Shown here in pieces: positions 13,006-27,059 of a stretch of DNA of 64,000 nt; the stretch's first letter is position 1, and each line of letters opens with the position of its first letter. The position numbers were made by a program, and so were the translations under genes. Source of the DNA: the human T2T-CHM13v2.0 reference genome, Homo sapiens. Location: NCBI RefSeq assembly GCF_009914755.1, contig NC_060928.1; one strand, 5' to 3'. The notes beneath the pieces were generated by a model, which saw only the letters and a list, made by a program, of their open reading frames with translations, made no database searches and had not been told where the DNA came from.

Positions 13006-13774
13006 TTTTATGACCCTCACAATTATCTTTTAAAAGTAATGTCTCCAGCTGTTTTTCCACTTCAATCTCTTCCTGCCTTCCCCTATTTCTCCATTAACCA
13101 GCCATTTCTTTAACCATCACTGATTGAATAAAGAGCAGAAGCATGAATCCCCAACTTCATCTACTTTTTAAATTGACATACATTATTTTATGTAGGCTGA
13201 GGTTGTTTATGTGGTAGGTGGGTGATCCTGGTGCAAGCCTGGATAAACTGAAAGGGCCCATCAGGGTGTGCAAAGGCTGACCAACTAAGGTTGACCTTCT
13301 GATTCTTGTTTAGCTATCCTACTAGATGGGGAGGACAAAGTATGCTGAATATTTGAAGCACACAAGACCAAATTGTTGATTAATGAAAAGAATTTTTAAA
13401 ATATTTTATTTTTTGATATAAAAAGTAATTCTTTTGTAAGAAATATGAAAAATACAAAGAGGTATAAAGAAGCAACTTAAAATCACCTATAATTGCACCT
13501 AACATGCATTTAACCTACATTTAATCAGATAGTCCCATAGTATTTGTTGAAAATATTTTCCTTTCTCTACTGAATTGCTTTGGTGATCTTGTTGAAAATC
13601 AGTTAGCCATATATATAATGTATTTATTATTAGATTCTCTATTCTGTTCCATTGATCTATTTGTCTATTTTTATGGGGAAAAATAGTGTCTAGATTTCTG
13701 TAGCTTCATAGTAACTCTTAAAATCAGATAATGTGGGCCTCCTTTGTTCTTTTTTTTCCCATTTTGATTGTTAG

Positions 13775-14054
<280 letters not shown>

Positions 14055-15744
14055 CAAAGTTATTTTGACATTCTACATCCTTTGTTTAAATATACATTTT
14101 ACTATTAATTAACATGGCAATTTCTTTTAAATAAATGTCTATTGACATTTTGATAGAGATTGTGTTGAGTCTATAGGTCAGTTTGGGAAGAATTGGCATC
14201 TTACCAATATTAAGTCTTCCAGTTCAGGAGAATAGTATATCTCTTCATATATTTAGGTATTTTAAAAATTCTCTCAAGAAGTTTGCTATTTTTAGTCCAG
14301 AAGTCTTGCACTGCTTTAGATACATCTTGCAAATTTTGATATGTGGTTCAAATATTTTATAATTTCACTTGCCATTCCTTCTTTAACACTTGGGTTATTT
14401 AAAGGTATATTGTTTAATTTCTTAATATTTTGGCTTTTTTCTTTTAGATTTTTTACTGACTTCCAAGTTAATTCTCTTGAAATAAGAAAATATGTTATGT
14501 AAAATTTTAATCTTTTGAAATTTATTGAGACATTTTGTAGCCCTGCATATGGTCTATCTTAGTGAGCATTTGATGTACACTTGAAAAGAAGATGTATTCT
14601 GCTATTTTGAGATGTTGTGTTCAAATAGGTCAAAGAAATCAAGATGGCTAACAGTGTTGCTCAAATCTTCTGTATTTTTAATGAGGTTACACATGCATGT
14701 GCACACACACACTCCCCAGCTTCAGTTTCAAAAGTTATATTTTTGCTGAGTACAAAACTCATGATTAACAATTTTTTTTTTCTTCTAGCACTTTAAAGAC
14801 ATCATTCCAATTTTTTCTGGGCTCATTTTTTCTAAGGAGAGGTCCACCATCATACATATTGTTATTTTCCTATGTGTAGTGTGTCTTTTTTCACTCTGGC
14901 TGCTTTCAAATTTTTTCTCTTCATCTGATATTCATCTGCTTGATGATGATGAATCTATTTGTGATTTTCTTTGTATTAATTCTGCTTGTGCTTCACTGAG
15001 TTTCTTGGCTCTGTGTGTTGTTATTTTCATCAAATTTAGAAAGATTTTCACCATTATTTTTTCAAATGTTTTTTCTCTCTCTCTCTTCTCCACCTGGGAA
15101 ATCAATTAAATGTGTGTTAGGCTTTTTGGTATTGTCTCACAGGTCACTGAGTCCCTGTCTATTTTTTTGAAACTTTTTTCTCTGTTACTTTGATTATATT
15201 GATTTGTCTTCAAGTTTACCAGCATTTCTGCTGTCTGCAGTCTGTTCTTAAGCCTAATTACTCCATTTTTCATTTCATTTGTTACACATATTAATTCTAG
15301 AATGTCTTCTTTTTGATTTTTCTACTGAGTTTCCACATCTAGTCACTTTTTATGACCATGTTTTTACTTAAATCTTTGAGAATGTTTATAATAGCTGCTT
15401 TAAAGTCTTTTTCAGCAAATTCAAATGTATGAGAAATTTCAGGAGCTGTTTGTGTTGACTTGTTTTCCTGTTTCTTTTCATGTCTAGTAAGTTCTAACTG
15501 TATACTGGACATTGTTGATAATATACTGTAGAAACTCCAGATTCTGTTGTCTTCCCTGAAATGGATTTTTTTCTTTCAACAGTGTAATTGCTAATCATTC
15601 CCCATGAATATGTAATCACTTGGGTTTAAGCTTTATTAGTAACCTGCTTCAGTTTTTCCCTATTTTAAAGCTTTTACTCAGCTTTGAGAGACATAGATTT
15701 TACTACAAAATCATGGTCTTCATGGAATTTCAAAAGGAAAGCCT

Positions 15745-16841
15745 TACCCAGAAATTGCTCTCCTGGACATTTAGTTCAGAGAAATAAAAATTTATGTTGC
15801 AGAAAAACCCATACGCTAATGACTATAGAAACTTTACTTGTGATAACTAAAAACTGGAAACAACCAAGATATCCCTCATTAGGTGAATGGCTAACCACAT
15901 TGCATTATAGCCATACCATGAAATGGTGCTCAGCAACAAAGTGAAACTATTGATATATGCAACAATTTGAGTGGATCTCAAGAGCACTGCGCTGAGTTAA
16001 AAGACAAAAAAGCCAACCTCAAAAGGTCACATACTGTATGACTGCATATATGTAACATTTACTAAATGACAAAATTACAGAGATTGAGGATATTTTAGGT
16101 CACTGCCAGGGGTTAGAGAGGGTTGTGGAGAAGAGGTTGGGCATGACTATAAAGGATTCACATGAGGGGCTTTTTCGTGGTGATGGAGTTGTTTTGTATC
16201 TTTTTTTTTCTTTCTTTTTAGGGACCGAATCTCCCCTTTCACCCAGGCTGGAGTGCAGTGGCACAATCACTGCTCATTGCAGCCTCAAACTCCTAGGTTC
16301 AAGTGATACTCCCACCTCAGCCTCTTGAGTAGCTGGGACTACAAGTGCACCCCACCATGCCTGGCTAATTTTTAATTTTTTTTTTTTTGGTAGAGATGGG
16401 GTCTCACTGTGTAGCCCAGGCTGATGTCAACCTCCTGACCTTATGGCCTTATGTTTATGGAGAACACAGAGGGTGAAGCACTTGTAAAAGACTGAAGAAT
16501 GAAACAGAAAATGAGTAGGAGGCCCAGGGTAATTTGTAAAAAAGGTTAGATATCTTTCTGCCTTGGCCTCCCTAAGAGCTAGGATTACAGGAGTGAGCTA
16601 CCCTACCTGGCATAGTTTTGTATTTTGATTGCAGTAGAGGTTACATGAATTTACTCATAGGATGAAATGGCATAGAACTGTACACATGTATTGTGCTAAG
16701 TTTATAGACTGGTTTTGTTATTGTATTCTAGTTATGTAAGATAACCATGGGAGAAACTGAGTGACGGGTACATGAGAGCTATCTTTGTAACTTCCTGTGA
16801 CTTTACTATTTATTAATTCTAAATAAAAGGCTTAGAAGAAA
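15745..16841 (+). mobile_element. L1MC/MD-type 3' fragment with residual TSD
   Basis: AAAAACTGGAAACAACCAAGAT, 3'UTR motifs, AATAAA and A-rich tail; flanks AAAAGGAAAGCCT (15732-15744) and CAAAGAAAAGCCT (16842-16854). Confidence 0.8.
16200..16611 (-). mobile_element. AluJ interrupted by a ~110 bp non-Alu insert (16441-16552)
   Basis: Alu sequence to ...CCTCCTGACC (16440), resuming CTGCCTTGGCCTCCC...CCTGGC; GTTTTGTAT TSD core on both sides. Confidence 0.93.
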
Positions 16842-17578
16842 CAAAGAAAAGCCTGAGATTTTTGCCAAGCCCTTCCAACTTCAAAGTCTGTTTCCTCTGT
16901 ATTGAATAACAGCTAAAATTCTGCCCAGCTTTTTCAGACTTCTAGCTATTGAGTTCTGCTCAGCAAATTGGAATCTTCCTCTTGCCTCTAGTTCATCCAT
17001 GGATTTGAAGAGAGTTTGTCATCAGATCTGCAGGTTTCTTCTTTTACAAGTGCCTCCTTTTCAGGATTTCCCTCCTTAATTTCCAGCCACTCTTGCAGGC
17101 CCACATTGCATCTTCAGATACCTCAAGTTAATAAGATGGTAGCTTTCTCTGCTTGAATTCCAGCCACTCTATACTTTGTAGAATGCAGAGTGCCCTCAGA
17201 GGAACAGTCAGATAAAGGCAGACCTCACCCACTGTTGTTCCCTTCTTCCAAGAGTTGAATCCCTTAGAAATTCTGCCCACTTTTTTTCAATCTCCAGTGC
17301 CTTCAAATCATTATGTCACATAAATATATAGGCAAATACACACATATAAAACAGTGCATGCATAAAAGCCAATTACAAATTCATATTATTCTACATCTTT
17401 AGAATTTTTTACAGATTACAAACCACTGTTCCACTTTATGAATATCAATTTTGTGAGTTAAAAGGAATATTATCATACACTATCTGATTTTTATACAAAT
17501 TATCCTGGGCCTCTTTCTCATTTCCTGATCATTCTTCAGTCTTACAAGTGCTTCACCCTTTGTGTTCTCCATAAGCAT
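16451..17578. repeat. ~100 bp inverted repeat pair (16451-16552 and 17481-17578)
   Basis: Reverse complement of the insert aligns by hand at about 85-90% with 17481-17578. Confidence 0.93.
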
Positions 17579-18110
17579 TTTGGTTCACTAGGGCTCACCC
17601 CTCATTCTCTGGCTATTTTCACTTTGCCTATTACCCATAGGTAATCTCATAATTTTAACTACTTCCTATGAACTACCAGATTCCATCATTTAATGTAAAG
17701 TCATGGCCTCTGATTAGATACCAACTCATAATTGCCTATTGGGATTCTGAGTATTGAGAATCAGAATATCTAATTGCCTACTAGAATCTCCACATGCATG
17801 CACACAGACCTCAAAGAGCATGTTCAAAATTCAACACTATATCTTCCCCTAAGATTTTATTTTCTTCCTATATTTTCTGTTTCTTGGAGCGGTACCACCA
17901 CTGTTAGCACTCACGCTAGAAAAATGTAAGTTGTCTCTCACCCTTCAGGTCCAAATACTCATCAAGTCCTGCCAAGTTTACACCTTATTTGAGCTCCACC
18001 TCTCCTTTCTATCCTACCTCTACCCTAGTTCAGTATCTCAGCATTTCTCATCTAGACTATTGCAATAAACTCCCAATTGGTCTCTTCATTTCTAATCTTG
18101 CATGGTCTAG
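17500..18110 (+). mobile_element. L2 remnant
   Basis: AATTGCCTACTAGAATCTCCAC, CATGTTCAAAATTCAACAC, TAGACTATTGCAATAAACTCCCAATTGGTCTC. Confidence 0.7.
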
Positions 18111-19130
18111 GCCAGGGGTTATACGTCTAAGAGGGCAGAAAGCAAATTTGGACTGTGATCTAAGTTAAAGAGGAACCATGAGTTAATAAGTGCCTCTATG
18201 GCAATATAGAAATCCCCCAAATTAGATTGTTAACATCAGCAAAAATTAATATGTTTGTTCTCTTTTAGTGAAGGCAGACAGATTTAATAATAGTAGGTCC
18301 TTGGGTAGACCATGGGTAGGCAGACCACAGCTTCTGATGGCCCTGGTCCATTTGAGAAATAAAGTTATATATAATATATATAAAATATTACATACGTAAT
18401 AAGTTATACATAAAACTTTATTTCTCAAATGGCTAAAGTTGAGGGATCTCCGAGGATTTTTCTAGGACCTTCATGCTAGGATCTGGTGCTATTTTATAAG
18501 GAATAAACTTATCAGGAGCAAAATAAGTCCCAGATATACTTCTGCTATGGATGACCAAGTTTGAGGCAAAAAAAAAAAAAAAAAAAAGCCAGCCTCCTCC
18601 CTAACCCAAAAGGAAAGGCTCCAAGCTCTTGTTTTCTTACTTCTCCCCTCATCTTATTATGTTCTACCAGCAAGTTTCTGGTTAGAAACTTTCACCAAAC
18701 ATCTTGGCATCAGGCACTATGCATATCAAAACAGAACAATAAAAGTGAGGCGTGAAGAAGTAAGCAAACAGAAATGAGCAGCAAGTCCGTGGAGATTTCC
18801 TCACTTTATGAGGATCAAATCCCACACATGGGAACATCGTAAGGCAGGACCAAGAGTGTTTCTTCATGTCTCCTTTTTTTCCTGTTTCCCTTTCCCAATA
18901 TATTTTCCCTTTCTTATTTGTTTAAAGGGAGAAATTAAATGCATACTCTGATGAAATCTTTGGGTCCTGGTCAATTCGTTTTCAGTTACACTGGAGTAGG
19001 GAGGATGCGGTGAAGGGGAGACATATCAACTCCCTCAGCTCTTTCTTGTTTTCAGTAAACTTCCTGAGTCATGCTGGAGGCAGTCTTAGCCACAGGGAAT
19101 TTCATATGCTGAGAAGATGGTCTTCTAGAG

Positions 19131-19282
19131 CAGTGCTTCTCAAACTTTAATGAGAATGTGAATCACCCGAGCATCTTCTGAGTCAGTGGGTCTGGGATGG
19201 CACAGGATGATCTGCATTTCTAACAAGCACCCAGGTGATGCCAATGCTAATGGTCCCTGGGCCACACTTGGAGTATTGAGGT
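19131..19282. mobile_element. MER5A (hAT-Charlie MITE)
   Basis: CAGTGCTTCTCAAACTTT terminus; TCTGCATTTCTAACAAGCACCCAGGTGATGC. Confidence 0.85.
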
Positions 19283-19889
19283 CCTATCATTGTCATCATA
19301 AGACATAGCATTTGCTGAATATCTACCTGCACTAGGCTCTGACCTAGATGTTGAATTGACATTTATTTTCAAACCAGAAACAGTCTCCTAGGTCCTGGGG
19401 AAGGTACAAAGATGAATATTTGATTCCTACCCTCAATGAGTTTCCAGACCATATCTAAGCTCAAAGCCAAGGACATAAAATAGCACTATGATTATAACGT
19501 GAAAAGGCCCCATAATAAGGGCATAGGACCTATTGCCAAATCCATGGTAAGCAACTTAAAATGTACCTGTAAATGAAATTCTCTCTTTCTCTTTCTTTTC
19601 TCTCTCTCTCATACTCACTATTCTTAGACCTTAAAGTTAGTTATATTCTGGGTAAATGCTTACAGCATTTACCTTTACACAGGGGGCAGGGGAGAAGTAA
19701 TAAATTTTGAAGGTAGATCTTGAAAGGCAGGAATGTAAAGCACTGGAAATTTTTTAATTGAAATTATCCCCGAAAACCTGTCTTCTGGAATATCCATAGT
19801 AAGTATTTCCTATTGTCCATTACTGCTAAATTTGGTCATATCTTGGATCTTACTCTTAATTCTGCTGGAACCCCTGTTCTTCATTTACA

Positions 19890-20384
19890 TGTGTGGTATA
19901 AGTTCTAATATTAAGGCCCAATATTATGTGCTGCCTTCAGGTGACATTGGAAGGGCTTTGAATGGCCTAACTGCAAGTTCCCCTCCCCAGTCTGCTTCTG
20001 TGAATAAGGTCCCTTAGCCAAACAGCCCACCTCGTCAAAGAGACCAGGTGCAATTCCTGCTCATCCCTGAGTAGTAGGTTTTGTTTCCCTTCCAGCCTAG
20101 AGAATTATTCAAACAAGCCAATCACTCCTCCCATGAAAACCAGGGGTCATCCATCCTTTTGATACTACAAAGCCTGCCTCACAGCCCCTGATGGCTCATT
20201 ATGCTCTTGAGTGCAACCCCCGTGTGGCTCTTCAGGGTGTGCACTGCCCTCCTCTCCCAGGGTTTGAGTTTATGGACATGGAGTATAATACACTCCTGTA
20301 TATCTCATCTGTCCAGTGCTGGATGTTTTGTGTTCAACCCCAGAACAGGAATCCCAATGAAGTTAATAGGAAGCCATTAAAACA
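19890..20384 (+). mobile_element. ERVL-class solo LTR (MER68-like)
   Basis: AAGGCCCAATATTATGTGCTGCC, GAATTATTCAAACAAGCCAATCAC (CCAAT), ATCTCATCTGTCCAGTG; ends ATTAAAACA. Confidence 0.7.
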
Positions 20385-20755
20385 TGTGATTTGGCTTTCA
20401 GTGGGATTTTAGTTTGATGAGTGTACTAAATGGCATGCAGGTGTAAGTTTGCCACACAGAACATGGATTTCAGAAAGCTTTGAGATTCCGTTTATTACCA
20501 TCATTACCTCCAACATTGAGGCATGGGCTTATGCTAACTCCCAGATGCCTTGGTATTTAAAACCTTTTGACTGGACATTGCATTTTCATCTCAGTAATTC
20601 TTTCACTTATACTAATGGTGTTCACTGTCTAACACAAAGTTGGAAACATTTTAACTGCTCATATGTATCATAATTTACCCTGAAATCAATCTGGACTATG
20701 TTAAACTCAATACCATAATCAGTACTAAAATGCAAATACCATAGAAGGATGTTTA

Positions 20756-21259
<504 letters not shown>

Positions 21260-21422
21260 TCACAAATATAATACTGACCTAAAGAACCAGATACCAAAGA
21301 AAACATATGTATGATTACATTTTATAAAATGTTAAGAGTCAAATTAACCTATGGTATTAAAAGTAATCATAGTAGCTACTTTGGGGAAAGAAGAATGAGG
21401 TAGCAATTAGGAAGATAAATGA

Positions 21423-21755
<333 letters not shown>

Positions 21756-21899
21756 TAATGTTCAATTTCTTGATCTGAGTTATGGTTTAATGAGAATATT
21801 CATTTTGTGATAATTCATTGTGCTCTACGCTATTCTCTCTTTTCTGTATATTTCAATAGAAAGACATATTAGCAGTAAGAAATCAATATCCATGTAACA

Positions 21900-22560
21900 A
21901 TTATTTATTAAGTGCTTTCTATATGCTTAATATGAAGACGAGGTTTCTATGGTGACCAAGACCAGCATGGTCCCCTATAGTGTGTCAAGATGAGTATTGG
22001 TCACTAAAAATTATTGCCCTAGGAAGTAAGTGATAAAACCTATAAGAAATGGAAGTGCAAACTGTTGCAGGGGTTCAAGGGAGGGCACGATCAGTTTTGG
22101 CTGGGGCATCAGGAGAGGTTTCATGGAAGAGGTGACACAGCAGGTGGGCCATGAAGGACAGGTGAAATTTATATATGTGGACATGGTAAAAGACTTTGCA
22201 GGTAGAGAAAATGGTACCCATAGGGTGAGTATAAAGTGAATGGGGAGAGTATAAGGTCAAATGCTTTAGGGTGGCTGAAGCACAGGAAGATGGCAGGGAG
22301 TGATGGGAAATGAAAACAAAATCCAGTCCTGGAAGTCTCTTACGGTTAGGCTAAAGAGTCAGGCTCCATCCTGCAGAGGGTGGGGTTTTAATGAAGGAGA
22401 AGTGAGCTTTAGGAAGATAAAAATAGCCACAATATGGCCATCAGATCTTAGGTGGCAAGAGCCAGCTATGGAAAGCCAGGTAAGAGACTGGCTACAATCC
22501 AGACCTGAGGTGTTAAGTGCTTGGATTCATGTACCTACAACTGTGACAGAGAAAGGTGCT
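21900..22560 (-). mobile_element. L2 remnant
   Basis: ATTTATTAAGTGCTTTCTATATGC tail; CATCAGGAGAGGTTTCATGGAAGAGGTGACA. Confidence 0.65.
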
Positions 22561-22569
22561 GAGTATGCA

Positions 22570-23100
22570 CTTCAAAGGAGCAAATGAGTCAAATGGATCT
22601 GATGTTTCAATCCCAGCTCTACCACTTTACATCTTTGTAAAACTAGGGGAAACTGGCTGGGTGCGGTGGCTCACGCCTGTAACCCCAGCTCTTTGGGAGG
22701 CTGAGGCGGACGGATCAGGAGGTCAGGAGATTGAGACCAAGGTGAAACCCCATCTTTACTAAAAATACCAAAAATTAGCCGGCGCAGTGGCAGGCGCCTG
22801 TAGTCCCAGCTACTCGGGAGACTGAGGCAGGAGAATGGCGTGAACCCAGGAGGCGGAGCTTGCAGTGAGTCAAGATTGTGCTACTGCACTCCAGCCTGGG
22901 GGACAGAGCGAGACTCTGTCTCAAAAAAAAAAAAAAAAAAAAAAAAAAACTAGGGGAAACTAACATTTCCAAGCATTAGTTTTCTTCTTTGTAAAGTGGA
23001 GCTAACATAGAGTTGCGATAAGGGTTATGAATATCAATGAAGCAAGTACACTGCTCATAATAGCAAGCTGATAAATGGTAGTGGTCATTGCAATCATTAT
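22570..23100 (+). mobile_element. MIR split by an Alu
   Basis: TTTCAATCCCAGCTCTACCACTT upstream and AGTTTTCTTCTTTGTAAAGTGGAG downstream of the Alu. Confidence 0.7.
22655..22949 (+). mobile_element. AluY lineage with 12-bp left-arm deletion (AluYd-like), perfect 16-bp TSD
   Basis: GAGACCAAGGTGAAACCCC versus AluY GAGACCATCCTGGCTAACACGGTGAAACCCC; AGAATGGCGTGAACCC; TSD AAAACTAGGGGAAACT at 22639-22654 and 22946-22961. Confidence 0.95.
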
Positions 23101-23171
23101 TACCTCAGTTTTCTTTGTGTCTAGCCTAAGTTAGATTCCTTTCACCCAGAAGTTGAACATCAACCTTTAAG

Positions 23172-23576
23172 TGTTGCAACCCCAATTTTGGGACTCCCCT
23201 CCAGAAGGTTCTTGGTTTTGCCTAAGAAGGAATTCAAGGGCGAGCCAGTGGTGGAAGGAAACAGCTTTATTGAGGGAGTAGTATTAGAGCTTCATGACTG
23301 CTGCTGCAGAGTAGGGCTGCCCCATAGGCAGTGTGTCAAGAGTAGCAGCTCAGGGCAGTTCTACAACCACATTTATATTCACTTTTAATTATGTGCAAAT
23401 TAGGGGGCAGGCTATTCGGAAATTTCTAGAAAAAGGAGTGGTAACTTCCAGGTAGGGTTGTTTCCAGAAAATGAGTAAACTGTCATGATATTGGAAGGCC
23501 TGCCTTATAGAGCCAGTCTTCAATGTGGTCCAGAGCCGAGCCCTGCCTCTTGAGTTGAGTCCCACCTCCTACCCCA
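23172..23576 (-). mobile_element. ERV1-class solo LTR (MER66-like)
   Basis: Minus strand begins TGGGGTAGGAGGTGGGACTCAACTC and has AATAAAGCTGTT poly(A) signal and GGCTCGCCCTTGAATTCCTTC. Confidence 0.7.
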
Positions 23577-25038
23577 TAAAGAGGCAACCTCTTTCAACAA
23601 ATTGAAGCCCTCTTGAAATTCCTTCCAAACATAGTGTATAAAAGAAGACAAAAGAAAAGAAAAATGTGTGTGTGTGAATGTCTCACTGCAAATTCCCAGC
23701 ATTAACAAAAAAATAACTGTGCTCTAGAAGTCAAAAACCATGATCAGGTCTTTAGGTGGACTAATGACCATCTTCCATCAAGTTCAAATGCAGCTTCAAG
23801 GTCATGAGTCACACCAGTGACTGCCCCTGACTAGAAGAGATGGTTTTTCACAAGGGAAATTTTTATTTATTTATTTAACATCAGACACCACTCTGTCTGA
23901 CTCAAAATGTGGTTAGCTTCTGTAACAAAATCCATGTAAATAGATCTCCCATGAGCCATTGCAAAGATTCTCAGCAACTTCATGCATAATGGAAGCTTAT
24001 GTGAGTGTGGGTTGCCTCAGGCGGGCGCCTTTTCAGATCTCCTTTGGGTTTCTCTTGTGATTTTTGTGTTCTCCCTCCTTCAGATGTTTGGGTTCTCTGA
24101 GATGTCATCCCACAGAGATAATTTCAATCCTGGATTGAAGAGCCGGTCAAGAAAGAAAAAAAAAAAAAGAAAGTGAATATTTATTTTTCCCTTTGGAATT
24201 AATTTGTCTGACATAAACCTCACAAAATGGCTGTCAAGAAAATAGGCTTAGCTTCACCAAAAACTGAAAAGTTGTCTGTATTTTAAAAGGTATCCTGTGA
24301 AAATGATAACTTTAGGCTGAAAGATTAATTTCCACAAAATATATTCTATGTACTGGCGTTTGTTATTTTACATTTTACATATTTATGACAATTAAACAGA
24401 CTCAATTTAGTTCTGGTTTGGCTTAAATTTGGGCTGAGTTTGATACATTATGTCTCTTCTCTGGAGGCCATTTATCTGATAGCTATATCAACCTAGAATT
24501 TAGGGGATAAACATCCTCCATCACTGTATACACAATTCTAACCAGCTTGGATATCTGGTTTCCCATGTTAGAGAAGATTAGAAGCAAGAGGGAAGCTAGA
24601 ATTAGATGCATTGACAACTGTAAGCAATGTTAGCTGACAACCTGACACAGAGGGAAATAAGCACATCCATGAAAACATAAAACCTAAAGTTTGGAGTCAT
24701 TACATGTAGGGATAAATCAACAGCTACTGACCGCCAAAGCATACTGAGAAATGTTTCAAGTAGTCATCATACATATATCATAAAGTCATCATACATTTAA
24801 AAATGCTCTCCATTCAAAATGATTTAAATTGATTTTCGCTGTTCCTGGGGGTAATATTCAGAAATTTAAAATGTTTACTTATGTGTACAACACTTATTCT
24901 TCAATGTCAATGGATAAAAAAGATGTTAGTATATATTTATAAGTATGGCAGCATCTATCAGTTTCATTAGTTTTAAAAATATAAACACATTGTGAGAATT
25001 ACTAAAGCATTTCTGTTTTAGGTCAATTTCCAATATAG

Positions 25039-25387
<349 letters not shown>

Positions 25388-25414
25388 CCTAATATTGTAT
25401 TTTTAAAATAACTC

Positions 25415-25670
25415 CATAGTAGTGTTTCTTGGAAAATTGGTTGCAATAGAAGTTTTATAGAAAAAAAAAAAGGACATGAAAGTTTAAGGTATATCACAAA
25501 ATATGTTACCTATATAAAAGGTTTTGAGATGTCCCACAGTAAAGAAACATCCCTATTTTTGTTAGATTTAATTTTTCTTAAACGTTTGACCAATGAACCT
25601 TCTTCAATGTGAAAATTATCTACATTTTACAGTATTTGTTTTCTACCAATTGCACTTCTGAAAGTACTGG
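25415..25670. mobile_element. hAT-Charlie relic (MER103-like)
   Basis: AAAGGTTTTGAGATGTCCCACAGTAAAGAAAC motif. Confidence 0.5.
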
Positions 25671-25687
25671 TCTCTGGAGATGGTGCC

Positions 25688-26550
25688 TGTATCAGTCAGG
25701 GATCCAGTAGGAAACAGATGTCAACTCAAAAGGGTTTGACTGATGTGAGTCTAATGAAGGGACTATTCTGAAGGTATGGCTAGAGGTAAGAGAACCAACA
25801 AGAATCCAGGTGTTAACAGTGAGGAGAAACTGTTATCATCCATAGACCTGAAGACCCAAAGGCAGGGTATAGCATTCCTAGGGCCTGAAGAGAGATGAGA
25901 TAGTGGAAGAGGAGCCTTTCATAGTAGCTGGAGCCAGTGCTGTGCCTCCTGGGAAATGTTTAACAGCCTGCTCTTCAGGAGAAAAAAAAACCTATTTGTA
26001 ATACTGATTTTTATGCAGTAAATCCTCCCACTATGGACAATTTCAAGCTACCGATGTGGTCAGTGAACGTGGAGTTTGGAAGAGATGCAGAGTAGCACAT
26101 CATTATGTATTTTGATCACACAGGTAGAGGTAAGGAACTTCAAAAGCATAGATAATAGTAAAATGCAGTAAAATAATTAGGAAGTCATGGGTTTTGAATA
26201 TTTGTTATTTTTAATATAATCTATTTAATTGTACATATATATGTGCTTTATTTTTTAATACTGACTATGTTTAGCAACTGGCCCACAAAATTACTGGAAA
26301 TTTAACAAGCCACAGCAACAGCAAACCACTGGCTGTGGCCATAGAGGGAATAACCACTATCCAAACCAGAATTCTGAGAAGGATCCTGGGAAAGAGATAC
26401 CAGGCCCTCTAATCTCTAACCAAGGAGCTGAGAGAACACTGCATCCATGAGAGTATGCTTTCTGCATGAGTCAGCCCCCAGGGTGCAGGGCCAGCAGTAA
26501 AGGATAGAGAATGAATCTAGTGGGTAGAGATAAATGACAAATAACCACTG
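25688..26550 (-). mobile_element. Old LTR (MaLR/ERVL) interrupted by MER63
   Basis: TGTATCAGTCAGGGATCCAGTAGGAAACAGATG antisense LTR end. Confidence 0.55.
25935..26331. mobile_element. MER63-like hAT-Blackjack element
   Basis: CAGTG...CACTG termini; 8-bp flanks GCTGGAGC / GCTGTGGC (6/8); CCCACTATGGACAATTTCAAGCTACC core. Confidence 0.75.
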
Positions 26551-27059
26551 GAATTCCTAAATGTATATGTTTGAGATTCAGGGTTAGGCTAGTTGTATGA
26601 GGATTCCCCTAAAGTATCTTTAAAAGTACATAATGAGGCAAAAATCACCAGGAATCTATTTTTTTAATGCTCCTTAAGTGATTATGATATACAACAAGAT
26701 TTAGAGTAAGGTCTTGCTTGAATATGGCTCTCAAGTATTAACGGTGCCACAAGTGACTGTTTTTCTTTTTATTTGAGCTTAACTGTTATCTAACTTGTCC
26801 ATTTGAGAACATCTTCCTAGATTATCTCATTACTTCAGGAGGTGAGATAAATATAAGTGGTGGTTTTAGGATTCTAGGATTCAGATGGGAGTTGTACTTT
26901 AGCCAAGAGCTGGAAAGGCTAGAGCCAGGACAGAGAAGAGACACTTAGGTAATTTAGAGCACTGCCTAAGCAGCCAAGCAGAGTACAGTGGTCCTTCAGA
27001 GCTGAGGAGGCAGAGGTCAGAATTTGGGGCAATTTAAATGGGTAGAATCTGCAGAAGAG

